Assembly (NCBI GenBank): GCA_963704885.1
Contig: CAVPIB010000001.1
Location: 416,001 to 480,000 of the forward strand
Origin: an uncultured Actinomycetes bacterium
GTDB lineage: Bacteria > Actinomycetota > UBA4738 > HRBIN12
Reading direction: 5' to 3'
DNA length: 64,000 bases
Shown: positions 9,852 to 20,944 of the stretch, one piece after another
Layout of the letters: each line of letters opens with the position of its first letter
Numbering within the stretch: position 1 is the first letter of the stretch
The notes under the pieces: model-generated
Database searches by the model: none
What the model was told of the DNA's origin: nothing
Seen by the model: the letters and a program-made list of their open reading frames with translations, nothing else
Translations under genes and position numbers: made by a program

Positions 9852-11145
9852 CTAGGCGTCGGCAAGAGCCTGCTCCTCGATCTCCACCACGAACCGCGCC
9901 TTCCCATCGATGTATGCCTGTACGTCGCGCGGGTGTTCGGCAGCCAAACGTCGCTTCAGAGCTGCGTAAGCGGCGGCGGCGGCGTCGTGTGTGCGGAGGT
10001 AGTCGCGGAAGGCCAGGTGGCGCCATTCCCACTCGCTCCTCGCTTGGCAGAGGTGGACGTGAACCTTCCGCGGTTCGTTGGGTTCGTATCCTGAGCTCAG
10101 GAACTCGTGCTCGGGTTCGATCGGGTCGATGGCATGCTTGAAGCCCATCCGCGCGAGACGGTCGACGATCGGCGCACGTGGAGTGATCGACGCCACCGAT
10201 ACCTGGATGTCGATGACGGGTTTGGCGGCGAGACCCGGCACAGAGGTCGAGCCGACATGCTCGATGCTCAGGGCGAGGTCACCCAAGACGTTCCGGATGG
10301 CCGCCGCCTCGATCTCGAACATCTCCGGCCAGGTGGGGTCGTAGTCCACGATCGAGTATTCGCGACCACGACCTTCGGCCTCACCGGGCTTGGCCCGCGT
10401 TCCGCGCCAATGGGCAGCAGACCGACCGTCGAACAGAGCCTGTTGCGCCCGGTCGGTGGGAGCCGTGTCCTCGGGGTGCCATTGGACTCCAACCATCCAG
10501 GAGTCTCGTCGTAGGAGTCGCCGACCGCAGCTCGATGGCCTCGACCAGTCCGTCGTGGCTCCAGCCGGTAGCGGCGAGGTCGCTCGCCGATGCGATCGAC
10601 TCCCTGATGGTGGTGGGATGAACAGGTCAACTCGTCGACTCCGGAGGTTGCCAGTAGCCGGCTCCTGGCGTGATCTTCACGTCGTGCGTCGTGACGGAGT
10701 CGGCCGTTGGGACACCATGCTCCCGCAGGCCGGGGATGTCGGGTAGATGCTGGTGGAGCGTTCCGCCGAACGTCACGTTCATGATCTGCATCCCCCGGCA
10801 GATCGCGAGGGTGGGGACGTTCAGCTCGTCAGCCGCCAGTAGTAGGCCGATCTCCAGCTCGTCTCGGTCCTCCTCGACGCCGTAGTTGTGCTCGGTGTCG
10901 GGCGCGGCGCCGTAGCGCGCCGGGTCCACATCGCCGCCGCCTACGAGCACCAGCCCGTCGAACGGCTCGAGGATCTCTTCGGGGTCACCGGTCTCGCCCG
11001 GGCTCACGATCAGCGTGCGTGCTCCGGCCCGGCGGAGCGCATCGATGTAAGGACCGGGGACGCCGTAACCGCCGTCGGGCCAGCGGGTCACCCTGCCGGG
11101 CTCGAGGTGGTAGCCGGCTATCGCGATGAGCGGCCGGTGGTCCAT
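9852..11145 (-). CDS. PuuD-like (peptidase C26) glutamine amidotransferase fused to a GrpB/UPF0157 domain (several frameshifts in 10490-10670)
   Basis: GGGDVDP, LAICRGMQ, SHHHQGVD and GVQWHPE motifs. GVQWHPE is in frame with DYDPTWP...EHVGSTSVPGLAAKPVIDI...LAFRDYLR...YAALKRRLA. Confidence 0.8.
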
Positions 11146-11190
11146 CGAGCGAGTGTACGGGGGCACGGCAGGGAGAGCGGGCCTGCGAGT

Positions 11191-11219
11191 TTGACGCCTT
11201 TTGTCAGACAATCTAGCCT
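11191..11219 (+). promoter_or_regulatory. Sigma-70-type promoter of gntR (probably leaderless) containing the palindrome TTGTCAGACAA
   Basis: TTGACG (11191)-N17-TAGCCT (11214), 6 nt before the ATG at 11226. 5-1-5 inverted repeat at 11201-11211. Confidence 0.7.
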
Positions 11220-11225
11220 GCTGCG

Positions 11226-11957
11226 ATGAAGCGACGACTGTCGATCTCGGTGCGCGATACGCTCGCATCTCGGATCACGACGGGCGACATCCCGGCGGGC
11301 AGCCGTCTTCCGCCCGAACCGGAGCTCGCCGTCGAGCTCGGGGTGTCGCGTGCCACTCTCCGCGAGGCACTCCGGTCGCTCGAAGAGGATGGTTTCGTGA
11401 CCCGAACGCGTGGTGCCGGCACCTACGCCTCGCACCGGCCCAGGCTGCGGAACAACCTGGACGTCAATTTCGGTGTGACCGAGGCGATCCGGGCCGCGGG
11501 TATGAGGGCCGGGACGGTGCAGAGCGAGATCCTTAGCGTTCGGGCGGACGTGGAGGAGGCGCGGTCGCTGGATCTGGCGCCCGGCGATCCCATCTTGGTC
11601 CTGGAGCGTGTCAGGTCGGCGGACGATCGGCCAGTGGTGTTCTCCCGCGACGTGGTGGCGGCCACGTTGCTCCCTGCGGACGCGCTCGAAAGACTCCGCG
11701 ACGGATCGGTCTACGACCTCATCGAACAGAAGGCCGGCGCGACGGTCCAACACGGCGTGGTGACCCTGGAGCCGATGAAGGCCGATCGAACGTTGGCCCA
11801 GCGGCTCGACGTGGAGCCAGGCGAGCTACTCCTCTACCTCCGGCAGGTCGACTACGACCGGACCGGAGGTCCCATCTTGCTGTCACACGAGTACCACCTG
11901 GCGAGCGCGTTCGAATTCAGCGTGGTTCGCCGCGGACCCGGAAGGAGACCCGGATGA
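11226..11957 (+). CDS. GntR-family (HutC/UTRA) transcriptional regulator
   Basis: GSRLPPEPELAVELGVSRATLREAL HTH, TRGAGTY, UTRA-like C-terminus. Confidence 0.95.
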   Translation: MKRRLSISVRDTLASRITTGDIPAGSRLPPEPELAVELGVSRATLREALRSLEEDGFVTRTRGAGTYASHRPRLRNNLDVNFGVTEAIRAAGMRAGTVQSEILSVRADVEEARSLDLAPGDPILVLERVRSADDRPVVFSRDVVAATLLPADALERLRDGSVYDLIEQKAGATVQHGVVTLEPMKADRTLAQRLDVEPGELLLYLRQVDYDRTGGPILLSHEYHLASAFEFSVVRRGPGRRPG

Positions 11958-12778
11958 ACATAGGGAAGTCCATGCGCTTGAAGAGAGTGATAGATCCGGC
12001 CGGCGTGTCGATCATCTGCGCGCTCGACCATGGCATGACGTCGCCGAGGTTCCTGGAACCGCTCGCCGACATCACGTCGCGAGCCGCGGAGACCGTGGCC
12101 GGCGGTGCCAACGTGATCATGATGAGCAAGGGGATGATCCGGATCGCGCATCCGGCGTTCTCGAGGGAGACGTCGCTCGCCATGTTGCTCTCGGCGTCAG
12201 CCAACCCCGACGGCGATCGGCCCCAGATCGTCCAGATCGGAGAGGTGGAGGAGGCTCTCCGTCTGGGCGCCGACGCGGTCGTGTTGTTCACGGCGCTCGG
12301 CGGCGACACCGAGGCGGGGATGATCGACATCCTGGCCGACGTCGGCCGCGAGTGCGAGATCCTGGGTATGCCTTTCATCGCCGAGGCCGAGTTCCCCACG
12401 ACCTACGCCTCCGTCGAAGAGCTCAAGCAGCAGTACGGGTTCGAATACCTGCTTAGGAGCGTGCGTCTGTGTGCCGAGCTCGGCGCCGACATAGTGAAGA
12501 CGAACTGGCCGGGCGATGCGGAGTCGTTCGCGAAGCTGGTGGAGGCCACGTCGGGGATACCGATGGTGCTCGCCGGCGGATCGCGACTGGAGGACAAGGA
12601 GCTCTTGACCCGCATGGAGCAGGCGATGGCGGCGGGCGCCATCGGCTGCTCGGTGGGGCGGAACATCTTCATGCACAGCTCTCCGGAGGCCATCTCGAGA
12701 GCGTTGTCACGCGTGATCCGCGAACGGTGGACCGCCGAGAAGGCGCACGATGCCCTCAAGGAGGAGATGGCGTCATGA
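11954..12778 (+). CDS. Class I (DhnA/LsrF-type) aldolase
   Basis: ALDHG, VEEALRLGADAV, ELGADIVKTN (Schiff-base Lys), VGRNIF. Confidence 0.9.
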   Translation: MNIGKSMRLKRVIDPAGVSIICALDHGMTSPRFLEPLADITSRAAETVAGGANVIMMSKGMIRIAHPAFSRETSLAMLLSASANPDGDRPQIVQIGEVEEALRLGADAVVLFTALGGDTEAGMIDILADVGRECEILGMPFIAEAEFPTTYASVEELKQQYGFEYLLRSVRLCAELGADIVKTNWPGDAESFAKLVEATSGIPMVLAGGSRLEDKELLTRMEQAMAAGAIGCSVGRNIFMHSSPEAISRALSRVIRERWTAEKAHDALKEEMAS

Positions 12779-13827
12779 GGGCCGCGTTCATGACCGACGT
12801 GAACGCTGTTGCGGTGGGCGAGGCTGAGGAGCCGAAGCTGGATCCCCGCGGCGCGATCTTGAAGGTCGAGGCGTGCGGGATCTGCGGCACCGACGCACGG
12901 ACCTTCTTCAACGGCGACCCGAAGGCGCCTGCTCCGTGGGTCCTCGGTCATGAGCCGGTCGGGACGCTCGCGGAGGTCGGCCCCGAGGCCGAGCTGCCCC
13001 CCGGCGTGTCTGCGGGCGACCGGGTCTTCCTGGGGTCGATCCTCACGTGCGGGGAGTGCCGCTGGTGCACGGAGGGGTTCCAGAACCTCTGCGAACACCA
13101 CCTGCTGTACGGCTACGACCCCTACCCCGGCGCGTACGCCGAGTACGCCGCCGTGCCGCCGATCGCCATGAAGAACCTGATCCCGCTGCCCGAGGATCTG
13201 CCATCGGACCTGGCCACGGTGGCCGATCCGTTCGCGTGCGCGCTGAACGGGATGGAGGTCTTGGACGTGCAGCTCGGCGACACCGTCATGATCTTGGGCA
13301 CGGGGCCGATCGGGTGCTGGCAGGCGGTCATGGCTCGCGACCGTGGTGCGAGCCGCGTGTGGATGACGGATGTCAGCCGGGACCGGTTGGACCTGGCGCT
13401 CAGCGTCGTGGGGCGGTTCATCGACGACGCTTGGGTGGCCGGTGAGGACAACGGCGTCGAAGAGGTGCTATCGCGTACCGATGGCGTGGGGGTCGAACGG
13501 GTGAGCGTTGCTGCGCCGGCGAAGCCGGCGCAGCAAGCCGCGCTCGAGATGGCCGCCAAGCGCGCGCGGGTCGTGTACTTCGCCGGGCTGCCGAAGCACG
13601 ACCCGGTCAGCCCGCTCGACATGAACCAGCTCCACTACAAGGAGCTATCCATCCTGGGGGCCTACGGGGCGACCCACCGCCAATACCGGATCACGATGGA
13701 CTACCTGAACCGCCGTCGCGAGGACCTGGAAGGCGTGGTGACGCACCGGTTCCCGCTCGAGAAGATCGCCGACGCGTTCGAGACCATCCGGTCCGGCTCG
13801 GGGCTGAAGATGGTGATCGTGCCGTGA
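12775..13827 (+). CDS. Zn-dependent polyol/alcohol dehydrogenase (MDR)
   Basis: CGICGTD, LGHE, CGECRWCTEGFQNLC, GTGPIG. Confidence 0.93.
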   Translation: MRAAFMTDVNAVAVGEAEEPKLDPRGAILKVEACGICGTDARTFFNGDPKAPAPWVLGHEPVGTLAEVGPEAELPPGVSAGDRVFLGSILTCGECRWCTEGFQNLCEHHLLYGYDPYPGAYAEYAAVPPIAMKNLIPLPEDLPSDLATVADPFACALNGMEVLDVQLGDTVMILGTGPIGCWQAVMARDRGASRVWMTDVSRDRLDLALSVVGRFIDDAWVAGEDNGVEEVLSRTDGVGVERVSVAAPAKPAQQAALEMAAKRARVVYFAGLPKHDPVSPLDMNQLHYKELSILGAYGATHRQYRITMDYLNRRREDLEGVVTHRFPLEKIADAFETIRSGSGLKMVIVP

Positions 13828-15351
13828 CGGGGGGTCCGTACGTCATCGGCTGCGACGTCGGGAGCCAAGGGACGAACGCCGCGCTCTACGCCGCCGACGG
13901 CACGCTGGTCGCATCGGCATACGAGGCTTATGACCTTGTCCTTCCCGCAGCCGTCCTGGGCCGAGCAGGATCCGGATCTGTGGGTTCGGGCCACCGAACG
14001 GACAGTGGCGACGTTGGTCGTGGGTCTGGACGAGGACCCGAGCGCGATCAAGGGGTTGTCGTTCGGCTCGCAGCTGGACGGGATGGTCGTCTGCGACGCG
14101 AAGGGCCGGCCGCTCCGTCCGGCCATGATCTGGATGGACCGCCGGGCCGAGGATCAGTCGGCAGAACTGGCGAAGGTGATGACACCTCGAGAGTTCTACC
14201 GCCACGTTGGCGCCAACCTGGACTCGTCGCATGCGGTCTTCAAGGCGTTGTGGGTCCGCGACGAGGAACCCGAGCTATGGAAGGACGCGGCGATCTTGAT
14301 GTCGCCGGGGACGTACGCGCTCCGCGCGGCGACCGGCGTCACCGCGGTCGACTACTCGAATGCGTCGTCGTTCGCGCTGCTAGATCCGCGAACGCGCGAC
14401 TGGTCGCCGGAGGTCTTGGCGGCCGTTGGTATCGACGCGTCGATGCTCCCGGAGCTCGCGGCCGGGACCCAGTCCGTCGGCACCGTGACGGCGGCGTTCG
14501 TCGGTGCGACCGGACTGTCGCCCGACACCGTGGTCGCGGTCGGCTGCGGCGACGAGATGGCTGCCACCCTCGGCGCCGGCGTGTTCGCGCCCGGCGAAGT
14601 ATGCGACGTGGTGGGCACAGCCGAGCCGGTCTGCGCCGCGTCGGCCGAGCCGCGCGAGGACCCCACCATGCTCGTGGAGTGCCATCCGCACGCCGACCCC
14701 GACGTGTGGCTGTTGGAGAACCCGGGGTTCGTGTCGGGCGGGAACCTGCGCTGGTGGCGTGACCAGTTCGCGCCGATCGAGCGCTCCGCCGAGGCCGAAG
14801 GTTTGGGCGACGCGTACGACTTCTTGTCTCAGGAGGCCTCGACCGTGCCGGCCGGAGCGGAAGGGCTGGTGTTCCTGCCGTGCATGCAGGGGGCCATGGC
14901 GCCCGAGTGGAACGGGGCGGCGCGCGGCACGTTCTACGGTCTGACGCTCGCGCACAGCCGCGCGCACATGACGCGTGCCGTGCTCGAAGGGAGCGCGTTC
15001 GGCCTGCGCGACATCCTCGAGGCGATGGTGAACGCCGGCCTGGACGTCAGACGCCTGACGATCGTCGGCGGCGGGGCCAAGGGCCCCCTCTGGCGCCAGA
15101 TCAAGGCCGATGTGACCGGTCTGCCGGTTCGCGTGCCAGCGAGCGTCGAGACCACGGCCACGGGCGCCGCGATCCTGGCCGCGGTCGGCTCTGGCGTGCA
15201 TCCCACCGTAGCCGAGGCGGTGGACGCGTTCGTCGCGTTCCAGCCGGACGAGCATCAACCAGACCCTGAGCGTCGCGAGGCATATGACGAGGCGTACCGG
15301 CGTTACCGGGACGTCTATTTCGCGTTGAAGCCGGTGTTCGAGGCCGGATAG
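13824..15351 (+). CDS. FGGY-family carbohydrate kinase, xylulokinase-like (frameshift near 13938)
   Basis: IGCDVGSQGT, then WAEQDP in a shifted frame, IWMDRR, GDEMAATLGAG, TRAVLEG, GGGAK..LWRQIKADV. Confidence 0.9.
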
Positions 15352-15357
15352 TCGGCG

Positions 15358-16638
15358 CTACACCCCACGCTCGTAGCGTTCGCGCTCCCAGTCGGTGACC
15401 GTCTCGCGCCAGGCCTTCAGCTCCCAAGCGCGGGATGTCGCGTAGTAGTCGCTGAAGCGTTCCCCGAGGGCCTGCCTGAGCACCGGATCGTCCTCGAACG
15501 CCCTGAGGGCGGACTCGAGGGACCCGGGCAACTCCGCCAGGTCGACGAGCGCGTAGGCATCCCCCTCGACGGGCGCCGGCGGAACGAGCTTTCGCCGGAT
15601 GCCGTCGGCCATAGAGGCGGCGATCACCCCGAGCGCCAGATACGGGTTGGCGTCGGCCCCGGGCCTGCGGCATTCGAACCGCCACAGATCCGCCTGGGTT
15701 GAACGGATCGCGCGTACGGCGCAGGAGCGGTTCTCGTAACCCCAGGTTGCGTTGATCGGCGCGAACCAGCCCGGGACGAGACGCTTGTAGGAGTTCACCG
15801 TCGGGTTCAGCAGCAACGAGGCGGCCGGCAGGTGTTGGACCACACCGGCGATGGCAGCGGCGAACACGGGTGGTAAGTCGTCCGCCGGGTCTGGCGCGGC
15901 GAACATGTTCGTCTCGTTGTTCCAGCACGACATGTGGACGTGCCCGCTCGAGCCTTCTTCGCCGGGCACGGTCTTCGCCAGGAAGCTCGCCCGCATGTCC
16001 ATCGACGCGGCCAACTGCTTGACCCCGAACTTCACGAGGGCGGCGTCGTCGGCGGCTGCGAGCCCACGGCGCGGTCCGATGTTGAGCTCGAGCAATCCGG
16101 GTCCGGCCTCCGTGTGCACGGCTGACAGCTCCACCCCGAGTCCCTCGAGCGCCGGCACGAGTTCGTCGAGGAACCGCTCGTATCGCCCGATCTCGACCAG
16201 GCTGTAGCTGATCCCGCTCGACATGGGATCCCCCTGCGGATCCCAGAGCCGGATCTCGTACTCGAGCGCGGACATGACCTCGTAGCCCAGGTCTGAGACA
16301 TCCCCCAGCACGGTTCGCAGGACCTCTCGCGAGGCGAACTCGCAGGGAGAGCCGTCGGGCCAGCTGGGGGTCGCCAGACAGATGCGCCAACCCGGCCGCC
16401 AGCTCAGGTCGCGGAGCGTGTCCGGATCCGGGCGCAGGATCAGGTCTGCGGCTCCCGAGCGGATGCCGAACCGCTCGTAGTCGGCGATCGGCGCGTCGAC
16501 GGGGTCAAGACCCAATATGAGGTCGGTCATCACGGTTCCATCCCGCAGCGCCGCCTCGAACGCTTTCGGCCGTAACGCCTTGCCGCGGAGCGAACCATTG
16601 ACGTCGGGAAGACCTAGGAGGACGAACTCCTCGCTCAT
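15358..16638 (-). CDS. Glutamine synthetase-like gamma-glutamyl ligase
   Basis: LRGK, EYE, HTEAGPGLLE, SSGHVHMS, NSYKRL, WGYENRS, ECRRPGADANPYL. Confidence 0.92.
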   Translation of the reverse strand: MSEEFVLLGLPDVNGSLRGKALRPKAFEAALRDGTVMTDLILGLDPVDAPIADYERFGIRSGAADLILRPDPDTLRDLSWRPGWRICLATPSWPDGSPCEFASREVLRTVLGDVSDLGYEVMSALEYEIRLWDPQGDPMSSGISYSLVEIGRYERFLDELVPALEGLGVELSAVHTEAGPGLLELNIGPRRGLAAADDAALVKFGVKQLAASMDMRASFLAKTVPGEEGSSGHVHMSCWNNETNMFAAPDPADDLPPVFAAAIAGVVQHLPAASLLLNPTVNSYKRLVPGWFAPINATWGYENRSCAVRAIRSTQADLWRFECRRPGADANPYLALGVIAASMADGIRRKLVPPAPVEGDAYALVDLAELPGSLESALRAFEDDPVLRQALGERFSDYYATSRAWELKAWRETVTDWERERYERGV

Positions 16639-18714
16639 CGAGTCACCCGTGCGTTCGCGGAACCCGACAGAGCGTCCTTGATCGTGAGCTCCACGTCCTG
16701 GATCGTGCTCGTGAAGCGATCGATCATCTCAGCCAGCTCCTCGTCCGTGCTGACGTACGCCGGCGCCAAGAGCGTCTGGTCACCGGCGTATCCGTCGGCC
16801 TGTGGATGAGAGGACGTAACGAGCAGTCCGTGCTCGAGGGCCGTGTCGTCTACGAGCGATGCGACGTCGAGCTCGACGGGAAGGAACGACTCCCCATCGC
16901 TAGGATCGACGAGCTCCACGCCGAGGAGGAAACCCCTGCCGCGAACCTCTCGCACGATCTCAGAACCCTCGAGCGCGGCTTCCAGTTCGTTTCGCAGGCC
17001 CGGTCCCCGGTCTCGGACCCGATCCACCCAACCCCCGCTCGACCAGCAGGTCGAGGACCGCGAGGCCGACGGCCGCGGAGAGCGGAGCACCGTCCCACGT
17101 GTGGCCCAGGTCGAACTCGCGCGAGCCCTGGTCGATGGCGTCGTACACGTGCTGCCGGCAGAGCACGGCCCCGAGCGGCGCGTAACCCGCGCCGAGCCCC
17201 TTCCCCACGGCCACGATGTCCGGCTCGATCGGTAGCTGATGGGCCGCGAGCCAGCTCCCGACGCGACCCATCCCGGAGACCACCTCGTCGAAGCAGATCA
17301 GGAAGCCGTGCTCCTTCCGGCGCTCATCCAGTCCCTTCCAGAAGCGCTCCGGCGGGGAGTACCCGGGCAGGGCGGCCGCGCTCACCGGCTCGCAGAAGAA
17401 TGCCGCGACCGTCTCCGCCCCGGCCTCCTCGAGCAGGCGATCCAGTTCCTGAAGCGCTGCCTCGCCACTGGGGTCGAACCTCCACGTCGACGGTTCGATG
17501 TGGAGGTGGGACGCCAGGTACGGCGAGTACGGCTCCTGGAGCGTTCTTCGGCCGGAGAGGGCGAGCGTCGCCATCGTGGAGCCGTGGTAGGCCTGGGCCG
17601 GGGAGATCACCCGCCAGCGCTCGGGCCGGCCCTGCTCCACGTGGTACAGGCGAGCCAGCTGGAGGGCCGTCTCGTTGGCCTCCGATCCTCCCGACACGAA
17701 CCGGACCCGCGCCATCTCAGGTGTCGCCACTTCCAGCAGGCGGTCCGCCAGGCGCTCCTGAGGTTCGCTCGTGAAGTGGTGGTTGTAGAAGTAGGAGATG
17801 CGCGCGGCCTGGTCTGCGGCCGCGGCGACGATCTCGGGAACGCCGTGCCCCAGACACGAGGCCATCGCCCCGCCCGAGCAGGCGTCGAGGATGCGCCGGC
17901 CGTCGCTCGTGAAGAGCCAGACGCCCTCGCCGCGCTCGATGCTCGTGTACTCGAGGTCGAGGAACCGGGGGAAGACACCCGACTCGCTCCGCGAGCCCCG
18001 CTGTCCGCCCGGCGAGCTCAGCCGAGCGATGTCGCTCAGGTACCGTTCCAACAGCTGCCACGACATCCCCCGGCTATCCGATGCGCGCCGCTTCGTCTCC
18101 TCCAACAACCCGTCTGGATCGACACCGTCGGCGTCGAGCTCGTGGCGGTACACGCGCACCCAATCGTCCATGATCTCGGGCGTCACCTCGGGGTGGAACT
18201 GGAGCCCGAGGCTGCGTCCGGCGACGAACGCCTGCGGGCCGAGGTCGGACTCGGCGATCAGGGTCGCTCCCGGCGGGAGGGTGAACGCGTCGAAGTGCCA
18301 CTGGAACCAAGGTCCCTCGGGCACCAGATCCGGCTCGGTACTTCGTACGGGCAGCCATCCGATCTCCGATTCGGTGCTTCGGTACACGTCGCCGCCGAGG
18401 ACCCGTGCCAGCATCTGGCCGCCGAAGCACAGACCGAGCACGGGGACGTCGGCGTCTACGGCTCGGCGCATGAGACGCGCCTCACGCGGCACGAACGGTT
18501 GCGAGTCGTCGAACGCCGCACCCTCGGCGCCGAGCGAAACGATGAGGTCGTATCCGGAGGGATCGATCTCGCGGTCGTCGATATCGATCCGGAACGTCTC
18601 GACGCTCGCTCCGTGCTCATCGAGCCACTCGGTGACGAGCCCCGGGGGGGTGGGCTCCTCATGCTGGATGATCAACGCTCGCAAGGGTGCCGCGTTCTCG
18701 CCCGCGGGCCTCAT
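16635..18714 (-). CDS. Type 1 GATase plus class III aminotransferase in one apparent frame (frameshift near 17030)
   Basis: VLGLCFGGQ, QWHFD and LQFHPE, followed in frame by LDACSGG, QAYHG, FDEVVSGMGR, PDIVAVGKGL. C-terminus VRGRGFLLGVE lies in ORF 16635..17090. Confidence 0.8.
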
Positions 18715-20087
18715 CGCGGGCCCCCGACGCTCGCTCGCGCGGAAAGCTCCGGCTCCACAACCTCCGCCACGTGACGGACGGCGTCTGCGAACCGGGAGAC
18801 CATCTCCGCGAGCTCGTCGTCGGTCGCGGTGAAAGCGGGCGCGAACAGCGACTGGTCGCCCGCGTAGCCGTCGCGGGTCGGCTGCGTGGACAGCGTGATG
18901 AGATCTCTTTCGAACGCGGCTTCGTCGATCCTGCCGGCCACTCGCATCTCCGGCGGTAGGAACGATGTCCCGTCGCGCGGATCCACGTACTCCACCCCGA
19001 GTAGGTACCCGTGGCCCCGGACCTCGCGCACCAGCGGGACGTCGGAGAGGGCGCTCGCGAGCTCGTCCCGCAGGCGCGGCCCCCGGTCCCTGACCCGCTC
19101 GATCAGCCGCTCCGACCGCATAGCCTCCAAGACGGCGAGCCCCACCGCGCAGGCGAGGGGAGCCCCGTCCCAGGTGTGTCCCAGGGGGAAACGCCGCGAT
19201 CCGCTCGCCACCGCCTGGTACACGTGATCGCGGCAGAGCATCGCGCCGATGGCCACGTAGCCGGCGCCGAGCCCCTTCGCGGTCGCGATGATGTCCGGCG
19301 CGCATGCCGTCTCGGCGCCTGCGAACCAGCTCCCGGTGCGACCCACACCGGTCACGACCTCGTCGAAGCACACCAGGAAACCGTGGCGCTCTCGCCGTTC
19401 GGCCAGGCCCTCCCAGAACCGCCGGGGCGGGGTGTAGGCGGGCAGGGCGGCCGCGCTGATCGCCTCGCAGAAGTACGCCGACACGGTTCCTGGGCCCGCC
19501 TCCTCGAGCGCGCGGTCCAGAGCCTCGAGAGCGGCCTCGCCCGTCGGATCGAAGCGCCAGGTGCTGGGCGGGATATGAAGGTGGTCGGGCATATAGGGCC
19601 CGAATGGGCCATGCAGCCCGGGCCTGCCGGTCAGCGCGAGCGTCTCCATGGTCGGACCGTGATAGGCCTGAGCGGGAGAGATCACCTGCCACCGCTCTGT
19701 CTCGCCACGTTCGACGTGGTAGCTGCGCGCCAGCTGGATCGCCATCTCGTTCGCGTCGGACCCGCTGATCGTGAACCGAACCCGGCTGAAGCCCTCGGGC
19801 GCCACCTCGATCAGCTCGTGCGCCAGTTGCTCTTGGGGCGGGTTCGTGAGCCGTTCGTTATGCACGTAGGCGAGGGTTTCCGCCTGGGCCTTTGCGGCGG
19901 CGGCGATGTCCTTGCGGCCGTGTCCGAGCGTCGCGGCCATCGATCCTCCGCTCATGGCGTCCAGGTACCGATGACCCGCCGCGTCCTCTACCCAGACGCC
20001 TTCGCCACGAACGATGACCGGCATGGCTCTGCCCAGCTCGAGGGGGAGCACGTGGGTCCTCTGGCTCTCGACGAACGCCTCGGCCAT
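18711..20087 (-). CDS. Class III PLP aminotransferase
   Basis: YLDAMSGG, SGSDANE, AYHG, FDEVVTGVGRTG, PDIIATAKGL. Confidence 0.95.
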   Translation of the reverse strand: MAEAFVESQRTHVLPLELGRAMPVIVRGEGVWVEDAAGHRYLDAMSGGSMAATLGHGRKDIAAAAKAQAETLAYVHNERLTNPPQEQLAHELIEVAPEGFSRVRFTISGSDANEMAIQLARSYHVERGETERWQVISPAQAYHGPTMETLALTGRPGLHGPFGPYMPDHLHIPPSTWRFDPTGEAALEALDRALEEAGPGTVSAYFCEAISAAALPAYTPPRRFWEGLAERRERHGFLVCFDEVVTGVGRTGSWFAGAETACAPDIIATAKGLGAGYVAIGAMLCRDHVYQAVASGSRRFPLGHTWDGAPLACAVGLAVLEAMRSERLIERVRDRGPRLRDELASALSDVPLVREVRGHGYLLGVEYVDPRDGTSFLPPEMRVAGRIDEAAFERDLITLSTQPTRDGYAGDQSLFAPAFTATDDELAEMVSRFADAVRHVAEVVEPELSARASVGGPR

Positions 20088-20180
20088 CCGGCCTCCTCAC
20101 ACGGCTGAGCAGTTGACCCCGGAGTCTAGGGTCTGGGTTCCTACCTCATCCACCGACCCACGAGCGAGCTCAGGGCGGGT

Positions 20181-20900
20181 CTAGCCAACTCCTCCGACAA
20201 CGTCGGCGAACCGGCGGAAGATCTCGCGACCGCGGTCTTGCTGAGCCGCCATGTGGAGCTGCGACTCGGCTCGGATCTGCGTGGCGGACTTCCCCCAAGC
20301 GGCCTTCAGGTCGACCTGGGCGTCGGCCACTTCGAGCCACCAGTCGAGCTCCCACATGTCGACCTCCAGGTGGAACTGGATCCCCCAGGTCCGGTCTCCG
20401 ATCCGGTACCCCTGCATGGGGATCCGATCGCCCGTCATGAGGAGCGTCGCTCCTGCCGGCAGGTCGTGGGTGTCCTCGTGCCACTGGAAGGCCATCTCGC
20501 GATCGCCGAGGAACGACAGGAGGGGATCATCGCTCGCCTCCGGCGTCGGGTGCACCGGCTCGAAGCCGACCTCCCGGACGGGGCCTGGAACCACATCCAT
20601 CCCGGATGCCCGCGCGAGGATCTGCGATCCGAGGCAGATCCCGAGGTAGGGGATGCCTCGTTCCATCGCCTCGCTGGTGTACGCGAGGACCCGCCCGAGA
20701 TAGGGGTACTCATGGACCTGGTCCACGTTCACCGTGCCGCCGAAGACCACGACGCCCGCGACCTGCTCGAGCGGCGGCAGCTCCGTGCCGTCCGACGTGG
20801 CGTCGACCGTGACGATGTCGATCCCCGCGCGGGCGAACGCCCCCGGTGCGACACCGAAGGCCTCGTATGGATCGTTGCGCACCAAGAGCACCGGCTTCAT
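20181..20900 (-). CDS. Type 1 glutamine amidotransferase (standalone)
   Basis: PYLGICLGSQIL, FQWHED, GIQFHLE. TAGCAT -10-like box 7 nt upstream of the ATG. Confidence 0.92.
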   Translation of the reverse strand: MKPVLLVRNDPYEAFGVAPGAFARAGIDIVTVDATSDGTELPPLEQVAGVVVFGGTVNVDQVHEYPYLGRVLAYTSEAMERGIPYLGICLGSQILARASGMDVVPGPVREVGFEPVHPTPEASDDPLLSFLGDREMAFQWHEDTHDLPAGATLLMTGDRIPMQGYRIGDRTWGIQFHLEVDMWELDWWLEVADAQVDLKAAWGKSATQIRAESQLHMAAQQDRGREIFRRFADVVGGVG

Positions 20901-20944
20901 CCGGCCGATGCTATCGAGCCCGCGGCTTTCCTGCCGCACTCGCC

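Noticed and set aside
20090-20180. Structured RNA between the GATase and aminotransferase genes
   Set aside because: Only short GC stems are present. It is better explained by an internal promoter (TAGACT) and RBS.
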